A stretch of 52,818 nucleotides of DNA from Candidatus Daviesbacteria bacterium (GTDB lineage: Bacteria > Patescibacteriota > Microgenomatia > Daviesbacterales > UBA10151), in NCBI GenBank assembly GCA_016183245.1, contig JACPEY010000033.1, positions 1-52,818 on the forward strand, given 5' to 3'. Each line of letters starts with the position of its first letter. The first letter of the stretch is position 1. Positions 23,840 to 31,340 of this stretch are shown here, piece after piece. The position numbers and the translations under genes were made by a program. A model generated the notes under the pieces. That model was not told where the DNA came from. It did no database searches and saw only the letters and a list, made by a program, of their open reading frames with translations.

Positions 23840-24475
23840 TTAAAATCCTAAGAGGTTGGAAAACAGGCCCACAAAAAAGCCCAGGATTGTTTGCAGAAGT
23901 GAAGATCTGCCAAAAGGCACCATCATTAAAATAACCAGAATTAAAAATCCATAAGGCTCAAGTCTCTGATAAGACCTTGCCAGGTTATACGGAAGTTGGG
24001 ATAAAAGCACTTTTGATCCATCAAGCGGCGGGATAGGGAAAAGGTTAAAAATGCCCAAAACTAAATTGATTAAAACTGTAAAACGCAGCAAAGAACCCAA
24101 AAGAGCGGGAAAAGTTTGAGGCAGGGCGTTTAAGATATGAAAAATTACAGCTGCTGCAATAGCCAGGCTGAAATTGGCCGCAATTCCTGCCGCAGCTACC
24201 AAAAGCTCGCCTTTTCGTAAATTTGAAAAGTTTAAAGGATTAACCGGAACCGGTTTGGCCCAGCCAAATAAAATAGGGGAACCGGTAAAGATTAAAAGTG
24301 CAGGCAGTAAAATTGTGCCGAAAAGGTCAATATGCGGGATGGGATTTAAGGTTAATCTGCCGGCTTGTTCTGCTGTATGGTCTCCAAATTTTAAAGCCAC
24401 CAGTCCATGCATGACTTCATGGATGATAACTGAAAAGAGCAAAATAATAATAGATAAAGCAAATAATTCTGGCAT
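23840..24475 (-). CDS. Site-2 protease family (peptidase M50) membrane metalloprotease
   Basis: HEVMHG zinc motif within a TM helix, multiple TM helices, LDGS motif. The ATG at 24475 is preceded by AAGAGG. Confidence 0.8.
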   Translation of the reverse strand: MPELFALSIIILLFSVIIHEVMHGLVALKFGDHTAEQAGRLTLNPIPHIDLFGTILLPALLIFTGSPILFGWAKPVPVNPLNFSNLRKGELLVAAAGIAANFSLAIAAAVIFHILNALPQTFPALLGSLLRFTVLINLVLGIFNLFPIPPLDGSKVLLSQLPYNLARSYQRLEPYGFLILVILMMVPFGRSSLLQTILGFFVGLFSNLLGF

Positions 24476-24505
24476 TTTCCCGCCTCTTATGTTATAGTTT
24501 ACCAC

Positions 24506-24745
24506 ATGTTAGCATGCACAAGATGCGGAAAAGGTAAAAATACGCTTTCTTTTTCAAGGCACAAAAAAGGTTCCTCAGGAGCAGGAGGGGTGTGGGCCCT
24601 TCGCGCCCCAATTCATAAAAGAGTCCAGAAACCTAACCTGCATAAATTTAATGGTCAAAAATATTGCACTAAATGTTTGCGGGTAGTTAAAGTTCCTTTA
24701 AAGGAAAATCAGGGTAGCCGTTTAGAAAGTCCTGTATTGGCATAA
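24506..24745 (+). CDS. rpmB: 50S ribosomal protein L28 with an internal GC-rich insertion
   Basis: CTRCGKG...SRHKK...KRVQKPNLHK...YCTKCLR matches the L28 layout. The tail overlaps the fmt 3' end by 59 nt, convergently. Confidence 0.7.
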   Translation: MLACTRCGKGKNTLSFSRHKKGSSGAGGVWALRAPIHKRVQKPNLHKFNGQKYCTKCLRVVKVPLKENQGSRLESPVLA

Positions 24746-25649
24746 CTTTTTTCCCTTCCATTTGAATCAGGATTTTGTCATTCTGAGGAGTCTTCGACGA
24801 AGAATCTCCCACTCGCCTCGCTGAGTCGGCGAAGCGGGCGTATGTGGGTCTCGCATGCGCGAGAGATCCTTCCCCGCCCTCACTGCCTCCGGCTGAGAGG
24901 CGGGTCAGGATGACAGAGGGAAGAAATTTTACAATTTTACCCTTCCAGCGGGTCCAAACCCCCGGCCAGGGGTAGTAAGCCCTAATCATTCTGTCTAAAA
25001 CTTCTGGAGATGGAGGATTTTCAATATCAAAAAATCCATCCTGTTTGGTAAAGTGTTTGGTATAGGTGGCTTTGGACTGATCCTGTTTGATGGGTTTAAT
25101 TTCCCTTTTCAGATATTTGTTGATAACTGAAACTAGTAATTCTCCGCCCATTTTATTTAAAGTTGTTAAAAGCGAGTCAGTATTTTCTTTTGCTGACAAA
25201 ACATATTCTTTCTGTGCCAGGAGATCTCCGGCATCCACCTCTTTAGTCATCTGGATCACAGTTACCCCGGATACTTTATCACCATTTAAGATAGCAAAGG
25301 GTGCAGGAGAAGGACCGCGGTATTTTGGGAGGATAGAGTGGTGGATATTTAAGGAAGCATATCCTGGGATACTTAAAAGCTCATCCGGTAAGATTAAACC
25401 GAAATCTTCCACAACTAAGAAATCTGGCTGCTGTTTTTTCACCCTTTCTATAACAGTTTGGTCTAATTTATCAGTTTCTACCAGAGGAATATTTAACTTC
25501 TCTGCCATGTTTTTAACAGGGTTAAAATCTAACTTTTTAGTAATAATTAACGACAGAGGATGGGTTGAATTGATAATCCGGGCGCCTATTGTTGAGTACT
25601 TTGTGTTACCAAAGAAAATAATGGATAGATTTTTCATAAAACGCTTCAA
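24687..25649 (-). CDS. fmt: Methionyl-tRNA formyltransferase
   Basis: IIFFGNT..., NIHHSILPKYRGPSPA, GVTVIQM..VDAGD. Contains a 138-nt in-frame repeat insertion in the C-terminal domain. Confidence 0.9.
   Translation of the reverse strand: MKRFMKNLSIIFFGNTKYSTIGARIINSTHPLSLIITKKLDFNPVKNMAEKLNIPLVETDKLDQTVIERVKKQQPDFLVVEDFGLILPDELLSIPGYASLNIHHSILPKYRGPSPAPFAILNGDKVSGVTVIQMTKEVDAGDLLAQKEYVLSAKENTDSLLTTLNKMGGELLVSVINKYLKREIKPIKQDQSKATYTKHFTKQDGFFDIENPPSPEVLDRMIRAYYPWPGVWTRWKGKIVKFLPSVILTRLSAGGSEGGEGSLAHARPTYARFADSARRVGDSSSKTPQNDKILIQMEGKKVMPIQDFLNGYPDFPLKEL
24777..24914. repeat. MITE-like palindromic repeat inserted in frame in fmt
   Basis: GTCATTCTGAGGAGTCTTCGACGAAGAATCTCCC...GGGTCAGGATGAC, 138 nt = 46 codons, GC-rich. 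Translated as ILTRLSAGGSEGGEGSLAHARPTYARFADSARRVGDSSSKTPQND. Confidence 0.85.
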
Positions 25650-25690
25650 CAGCTTACATTACGTTCCACGATCGTTACAAGTTATGTAAA

Positions 25691-26206
25691 CTATATTGCT
25701 ACCTCTTCAAAAGTATCAGTTCCTGTTTTGTCCTTGCCTGTAAACTTATAAAACCTTCCTTTTTGCTGCAAACAGCGGTCGGAAAATAAAATCCCGTTTA
25801 AATGATCTATCTCGTGCTGGAATATCCAGGCCAAAACCCCTTTTAAAGGCACAGTAACAGTTTTTCCGCTCTCGTCCTGATAGGAAACTTTAATAGAAGT
25901 ATATCTGTTTACCTCTGCCCACATATTCGGCACAGACAAACAGCCTTCAAAATATTTTTTGGTTCTTTTACCCGTTGATAAAATCCTGGGGTTAATAACA
26001 GAGATAAAATCTTCTCCGTCTTTGGCCACAAAAAAACTGCCTTCAAGGCCGACTTGTGTAGATGCCAAACCTACTCCCTCAGGGTCTTTAAAAGTTTTAG
26101 TAAGTTTTACCATCTCTTTTAAAGTCTGAACTAATCCGGGGTTAATTTTTTTAACTGGTTTGGTCTGAACCCGCAGTTTGGGATCAGGCGCTTTAACTAC
26201 ATGCAT
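25691..26206 (-). CDS. def: Peptide deformylase
   Basis: GVGLASTQVG, EGCLSVP and HEIDHLNG motifs. Confidence 0.95.
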   Translation of the reverse strand: MHVVKAPDPKLRVQTKPVKKINPGLVQTLKEMVKLTKTFKDPEGVGLASTQVGLEGSFFVAKDGEDFISVINPRILSTGKRTKKYFEGCLSVPNMWAEVNRYTSIKVSYQDESGKTVTVPLKGVLAWIFQHEIDHLNGILFSDRCLQQKGRFYKFTGKDKTGTDTFEEVAI

Positions 26207-26219
26207 GAGGCCAATTGTA

Positions 26220-26786
26220 TCAAACTAATTTTATTTCTGCGAGTGTGTTGTGTTTGTGCAGCCCGCCTTCGGGGACAGATTCAAATAATTTGATGGAAAC
26301 AATCTGAATCGGTTCAAAGTTGGCAGCCATGATCTTTTCCAGGTTTCTTTCCAGATTCCGGTCAATTAAAAAAGGTGGAGGATTATTTATTTTGGCAATG
26401 GTGATATGAGGAATAAAACGCCTTTCATCAGCTGGCAGTTTTAAATATTCCAGTCCGTCGTGAATTCTTTCATGGATCATATAAAGTTTATCTATATCAT
26501 CTTTGACTCCTACCCATAAAATCTTCGGGTGGTGAATATTGGGAAAGCCGTCAATATAGGCCGGGGTAATTTCAAATGGCCCAATCTCTTTTGCAGCTTC
26601 TTTGAGAAGCAGGCATAAGTTTTCTCTTAGATGATCTGATTGCTCGCCGATAAAGGCTAAAGTCAGGTGGATTTTGTCCGGAGTAGTAAGTCTTGCTTGA
26701 GGAATTAATGTATGTAAACTGTTCTGAATAGCTTGAAACTGAGGCTTATTCTCTTCCGGAATCTCAAGGGCAATAAAAAACCTCAT
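26220..26786 (-). CDS. thpR: RNA 2',3'-cyclic phosphodiesterase (2H phosphoesterase, LigT/ThpR-like)
   Basis: Two H-x-T-x motifs: HLTLAFIG and HITIAKI. Confidence 0.8.
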   Translation of the reverse strand: MRFFIALEIPEENKPQFQAIQNSLHTLIPQARLTTPDKIHLTLAFIGEQSDHLRENLCLLLKEAAKEIGPFEITPAYIDGFPNIHHPKILWVGVKDDIDKLYMIHERIHDGLEYLKLPADERRFIPHITIAKINNPPPFLIDRNLERNLEKIMAANFEPIQIVSIKLFESVPEGGLHKHNTLAEIKLV

Positions 26787-26899
26787 ATTATACTAATCCT
26801 AAATTTATCTTATCATAATTGTAGGATTTGACAAAATAAAGTATATGGTATAAGATAAGCATATAAGGTAGACTATAAGTCTATTATAGATATCTGAAT

Positions 26900-27622
26900 A
26901 TGAAAATGGTTGAACTTATCACAGGTGCCGGATTTATTGTAGATGATAGATTTGGATCGGTTGAAAGTACAGGAAGAGTATATTCAGATCTTCCTCCTTC
27001 TCTTAAGCGTTCTTTCGATGGGTTGTTTAGAAAGTATCGCGGGTTAATTGAACAAACCCAAGTAACAGAATGGTCAAGTAATTTTGGAGTATTACCCAGT
27101 GTATTACCCAGTGAGCCTCTTCTGTTTGAGTTGTCGCCTGAGTTTTTAAGTCCCGAGAATTTTTTAGAAAAAGCAGTAACAAGATGGGGAGATCGGAGTA
27201 TAGATATACTCTATAGACAAAATAGGCAAACCCTGGAGGAGGAAGAGGAGCACGTAATTGTTTTATCTTCGCAGATTTTAGCAAATGGTAAATCACTTTC
27301 AATAGTATTGGGATATGTGCCAAGGGAGAAAATGAATAAATTGATGATACCCGTAAGAGAATCTTCAGAAGAAATACCTGGAACACTAACATCTGCTCTT
27401 GTGATTGCAGGAGCTATAGACGGTGCAGCTTTTAGATTTTATCAGCAAGGTACGCCAGCGGAAACTTTACAGGTTTTAGGAGAGGAAACATGGAAATCAT
27501 ATGGAGCTCGTCTTTTAGGACAGAATTCGGCTATACCCGTTATGCAAGGTGGCGTATTGGATTTTTCGTTATTAACTAGATCTCAGCCTTCTTCTGGTAA
27601 TGGCAATGGTAAATTTGTTTGA
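26900..27622 (+). CDS. Hypothetical protein (ORFan)
   Basis: 240-aa ORF with an ATG start and no motif I recognise. Confidence 0.5.
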   Translation: MKMVELITGAGFIVDDRFGSVESTGRVYSDLPPSLKRSFDGLFRKYRGLIEQTQVTEWSSNFGVLPSVLPSEPLLFELSPEFLSPENFLEKAVTRWGDRSIDILYRQNRQTLEEEEEHVIVLSSQILANGKSLSIVLGYVPREKMNKLMIPVRESSEEIPGTLTSALVIAGAIDGAAFRFYQQGTPAETLQVLGEETWKSYGARLLGQNSAIPVMQGGVLDFSLLTRSQPSSGNGNGKFV

Positions 27623-27703
27623 AACTATTGACAAAAGCGGTTATTTATCTTAAGATTTAAATTAACAATTTAATATTAATAAACCGTAGGATTTAAGTCC
27701 TGC

Positions 27704-27848
27704 GGACAATCAAGAGTGATGGCCTCTTTCGCTAAAGCTTCAAAGGCTAAAGGGAGAGATAGAGAATTGGCTCGAAACCATCCAGCAACCGAATATTTTT
27801 ATATGTCGCGGTGCTACACCCAACCCTTATAAAGGGAGGATTAGGTCC
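27704..27848 (+). promoter_or_regulatory. SAM-I (S-box)-like riboswitch aptamer
   Basis: By-eye match to S-box landmarks: P1 GGACAAUC/GAUUAGGUCC, J1/2 AAGAG, UUGGCUCGAAACCAUC closing P2, CAGCAACC, P3 hairpin CGAAUAU-UUUU-AUAUGUCG, GGUGCUACACCC, P4 CCCUU-AUA-AAGGG. There is an extra hairpin insert in P2. Confidence 0.6.
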
Positions 27849-27864
27849 GAATGTGGGCAAATTT

Positions 27865-27891
27865 AACCTCTCTTTGAAAGAGAGGTTTTTT
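27865..27891 (+). terminator. Intrinsic terminator serving as the riboswitch expression platform
   Basis: AACCUCUCU-loop-AGAGAGGUU followed by UUUU. The 5' arm CCUCUCUUU can alternatively pair with AAAGGGAGG of the aptamer 3' side (anti-terminator). Confidence 0.7.
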
Positions 27892-27929
27892 AATGGTTTA
27901 TTGGTTTTTATATGAAAGGAGGTGAAATT

Positions 27930-28325
27930 ATGGCAAATAGAATAGAAGCTTCAGCAGGACGAGCAATTGATGCAGTAGAAGCTTTACCAAGAGGCGGTCA
28001 GGTAGCAGAGGAGGTTTATGTTGGCAAGCACCCTCTTTTAGATGCCCATTTACAAGAAGTAGGACGCGTAGTTGGTTTGACTGCGTTAGGGAAGGGAGCA
28101 GCAAGATTAGCTGGAAATGAAGGGATTAGATGTATAATTCTTGAAAAAAATGGAGGGCTTCGTAATTTTAAAGGTGCAATTTTTTTAGCGATAGATCAGG
28201 GAAATCAAAAAGGCGGCGAGAGAAAAAATTATATCTTTGAACCAGGAAAAGAGCTTGATATACCTGATGGTGAGAGGCGTTTAGTGCAAACAGTTCTTGA
28301 AAATATTGCCCAGCTGGCTGTGTAA
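27930..28325 (+). CDS. Hypothetical protein, first gene of the riboswitch-controlled operon
   Basis: The ATG at 27930 is preceded by AAAGGAGGTG (27916-27924). 131 aa, no recognisable motif. Confidence 0.55.
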   Translation: MANRIEASAGRAIDAVEALPRGGQVAEEVYVGKHPLLDAHLQEVGRVVGLTALGKGAARLAGNEGIRCIILEKNGGLRNFKGAIFLAIDQGNQKGGERKNYIFEPGKELDIPDGERRLVQTVLENIAQLAV

Positions 28326-28427
28326 CTTTGAATCTCGTTATGAAGATTATGATAAGAGCTGGGTGTTAAAACACCCAGCTCAAAGGCTTGAATAAGTATT
28401 TGATGAAGCAGACGAAAGGAGAAAAAT

Positions 28428-29582
28428 ATGAATACTACAGAAATTAAAACAAGAGTGCCGTCATTTCCTAATATAGAGGCGGTTCAGGCTGCTCAATTGG
28501 CAAAAAAAGAGCAGCGTGAGGCTGATTTGTATCCCCGGGATGGCAGCAGGGAGCTTTTTGGGCTGGAGAGAGATATTGCGGAAATGTTGGGTGTGAGACC
28601 GGGCAACCTGTTGCTTTACAATACCGGCATGTCGGCTGTGGTAGATGCTTTGGAAATTTTACGGCCTACTGCTGGAACCAGAATACTTAGAGCGACTGAG
28701 GGCTATAGTCAGGCAAGGGGTTATATCAATGATGAATTAAAATCAAGGGGTGTAGCCGTGGTTGAAACAAATGCACAGTCAACCCAAGAACTTAATCAAG
28801 ATCTTGAGGCTAAAAGGCCAGATATAGTTTTTTTGGAAACTGTTACTAATGGTTCTGAGATGGCAGTTTTAAATGTAGATGAATTTCTAAATTTATCAAG
28901 CTTACGAAAATTGGATCCTTTGATAATCCTGGATAATACTTTACCAACCTCTACGGGTTTACCATTAGGCCAAATACTGGAAACATCGGACAGAAAAATA
29001 ATAGGCGTTGAAAGCGGAACAAAGTTTTTGGGTTTAAATGCGGAGATGTGTGGGATGGCTTATACTTATAATCTGGAATTACTATCACTTTTAAGAAAGA
29101 GGAGACAGCGGACAGGATCATTGCTTAGCGCATCAGCAGCAGAAACAATTAGGGATTGTATGCCTGGAACAGCAGAAGAATATTACCGGAGAAACAAAGC
29201 TATTTTTAAACATACATTAAGACTTGCCAGAGTGTGTGTTGAAAGCCAAAACCCGGAGAGCCAGTTTGTAGTAAATCATCCAAATTTACCAAATCACGAA
29301 AATAGCTATTATGTCAACTTGCATGCACCAGATGGAATATCGCCAGTCCTTTTTCTCGTGCCTGCAGATTTAGACAGTCATGTTCGTATTGCTGAAGCAC
29401 TCTGGTCAAATTTAACTATTTCGTCATTGTGCGATTTGGGGCAAAGTTTCGGTTTTGACAGGACCAGGATTTGGCCTGATGATAGTAGTCCCGTGGTTAG
29501 GGTTAGCGGTGGAATTTATTCAGAAGCAGAGCAGGCAGCATTAGATAAGGCTTTTTACCAAGTTTTATCAGATTATCAATAA
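28428..29582 (+). CDS. Divergent Cys/Met-metabolism PLP-dependent enzyme (cystathionine synthase/lyase fold)
   Basis: Layout Y-x-R...NTGMSAV...FLETVTNGSEMAV...ILDNT...ESGTKFLG (putative PLP lysine). AAGGAG SD. Confidence 0.65.
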   Translation: MNTTEIKTRVPSFPNIEAVQAAQLAKKEQREADLYPRDGSRELFGLERDIAEMLGVRPGNLLLYNTGMSAVVDALEILRPTAGTRILRATEGYSQARGYINDELKSRGVAVVETNAQSTQELNQDLEAKRPDIVFLETVTNGSEMAVLNVDEFLNLSSLRKLDPLIILDNTLPTSTGLPLGQILETSDRKIIGVESGTKFLGLNAEMCGMAYTYNLELLSLLRKRRQRTGSLLSASAAETIRDCMPGTAEEYYRRNKAIFKHTLRLARVCVESQNPESQFVVNHPNLPNHENSYYVNLHAPDGISPVLFLVPADLDSHVRIAEALWSNLTISSLCDLGQSFGFDRTRIWPDDSSPVVRVSGGIYSEAEQAALDKAFYQVLSDYQ

Positions 29583-29584
29583 GT

Positions 29585-30163
29585 ATGGAAAGAGTAAAAA
29601 ATGCAGTAATATTTCATGGTAGTGGAGACGGTCCTAGCTCATACTGGATACCCTATATGAGGCAGGGTCTGGAACTGAAAGGTTATCAGGTGAGGACACC
29701 ACAACTGCCTAATGATTCAGAGAGACTAGGATTAGACTTGTGGTTGCCTGAAGCTTTAAAGGCGCCTGATGTAAACACACGCCTTTTAATTGCCCACTCA
29801 GCCGGAGTGCCCCTTGCTTTGAGTGTGTTAGAAAGTCTAAAGGATGTAACCATAAATCAGGTAATTTTAGTGGCAGGTTTTTGTTCGCCAAGGGAATTAG
29901 ATGAATGGTGTGATGAGAGAAATCCAATTCTACAAGCCAGTTATGATTGGGATGCAATCCGGGCTCGCGTGGGACAGGTTATCTGCCTTAATTCAGATGA
30001 TGATCCATACACCTGTGATGATAGAAAAGGGCAGGAAATAGTTAATTTAATAGGATCGGATAAAGCTAGACTTATTGTGATGAAAGGCCAGGGACATATG
30101 GGTTCAGACTTTTTTCAGCAGCCTTATAAGGAGTTTCCGTTTCTTCTTAGTTTGGTGGGATAA
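29585..30163 (+). CDS. YdeN/RBBP9-like serine hydrolase (alpha/beta fold)
   Basis: VIFHGSGDGP..., nucleophile elbow AHSAG, SDDDPY, GHM. 192 aa. Confidence 0.6.
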   Translation: MERVKNAVIFHGSGDGPSSYWIPYMRQGLELKGYQVRTPQLPNDSERLGLDLWLPEALKAPDVNTRLLIAHSAGVPLALSVLESLKDVTINQVILVAGFCSPRELDEWCDERNPILQASYDWDAIRARVGQVICLNSDDDPYTCDDRKGQEIVNLIGSDKARLIVMKGQGHMGSDFFQQPYKEFPFLLSLVG

Positions 30164-30183
30164 CTTTTTCAGATATTCATAAT

Positions 30184-30217
30184 TCAAAATCCAGTAAAAG
30201 AGGCAGGTGGTCGGAGA
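30184..30217. repeat. Direct repeat copy A (pseudo 3' end of the EEP gene)
   Basis: TCAAAATCCAGTAAAAGAGGCAGGTGGTCGGAGA. Matches 31344-31377 at 33 of 34 positions. The reverse strand still reads SDHLPLLLDFEL-stop. Confidence 0.9.
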
Positions 30218-30228
30218 TATTTGTCAAA

Positions 30229-30258
30229 TCTGCTATAATCTGCTATAATCTGCTATAG
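30229..30258. repeat. Tandem 10-mer (CTGCTATAAT x3, last unit CTGCTATAGT) upstream of the Fic gene
   Basis: Three consecutive units, each carrying a TATAAT/TATAGT -10-like hexamer, ending ~20 nt before the Fic ATG. Confidence 0.85.
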
Positions 30259-30278
30259 TTAAAATATCACTTGCAATT

Positions 30279-31340
30279 ATGATTAAAAACAGAAAGTTTG
30301 AAAAAAGGTTAGAGCTGATTCCTGCGCAAATTTTGCTAAAACTTGCTCAAATTGATGAGCTAAAAGGTAAGTGGAGCGCAGGAGCCAGTTTAAATCCCCA
30401 ACTTCTGGGCAGGCTTAAAAAATCAGTTCTGATTACCTCTACAGGCGCTTCTACCAGGATTGAAGGCGCCAGGTTATCAGATGATGATATTGAAGATTTA
30501 ATGCAGGGTATTGCCGTGCAGAAATTTACTGATAGGGACAGACAGGAGATCCAGGGTTATTATGAATTGCTGCAGATAATTTTTGAAAACTGGGAACATA
30601 TCAGATTTGGGGAAAATACAATAAAACACCTGCATCAGGAATTATTAAAGTATGCTGAGAAAGACCAGAATCACAGAGGTAGATACAAAAGTACCGACAA
30701 TAAGGTTGAGATGGTTGATGAAAAAGGCCGCAGGATTGGAGTTATTTTTGATACTACTCCGGCATATCTCACGCCCAAACAGATGCAGGAATTGGTTGAA
30801 TGGACCAGGGGCGCTTTGGATACCAAGCTCTCGCATCCCCTTATTATTATTGGCAACTTTTTAGTTGAATTTTTAAATATCCACCCTTTTAGAGATGGAA
30901 ATGGCAGATTATCCAGAATTTTGGCTAACCTGCTTTTGATTCAGACAGGCTATCTATACATACCGTATGTTTCTCACGAGAGGCTGATTGAGGATCAAAA
31001 ACCCCAGTATTATCTTGCTCTAAGAAAAAGCCAGAAGACTTTTAAAAAGGGTGTTGGTAATATTGCACCGTGGCTGGAGTTTTTCTTAGATATTGTTTTT
31101 GCTCAATCAAAAGAGGCTATAAGTTTAATGTCCGGTGAAAATATTGAGGATATTTTATCCCTCAAACAAAGAGTAGTCTGGCAGTATCTGCAAAACGTTG
31201 ATGAAGCCTCACCCGGGCAGATAGCCAAATCGACAAAAGTTGCTTATGCAACCGTCAGACAGGCGCTTGCAAAGCTGTTTGACCTGAAGAAAGTTAAAAG
31301 AGTAGGCATGGGAAGAAGTTCCCGTTATTGCAAAGTTTAA
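30279..31340 (+). CDS. Fic-domain protein (AMPylase-type) with an N-terminal inhibitory motif and a C-terminal wHTH
   Basis: HPFRDGNGRLSRIL active-site motif. STRIEG matches the (S/T)xxxE(G/N) inhibitory helix. C-terminal ASPGQIAKSTKVAYATVRQAL is HTH-like. Confidence 0.85.
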   Translation: MIKNRKFEKRLELIPAQILLKLAQIDELKGKWSAGASLNPQLLGRLKKSVLITSTGASTRIEGARLSDDDIEDLMQGIAVQKFTDRDRQEIQGYYELLQIIFENWEHIRFGENTIKHLHQELLKYAEKDQNHRGRYKSTDNKVEMVDEKGRRIGVIFDTTPAYLTPKQMQELVEWTRGALDTKLSHPLIIIGNFLVEFLNIHPFRDGNGRLSRILANLLLIQTGYLYIPYVSHERLIEDQKPQYYLALRKSQKTFKKGVGNIAPWLEFFLDIVFAQSKEAISLMSGENIEDILSLKQRVVWQYLQNVDEASPGQIAKSTKVAYATVRQALAKLFDLKKVKRVGMGRSSRYCKV

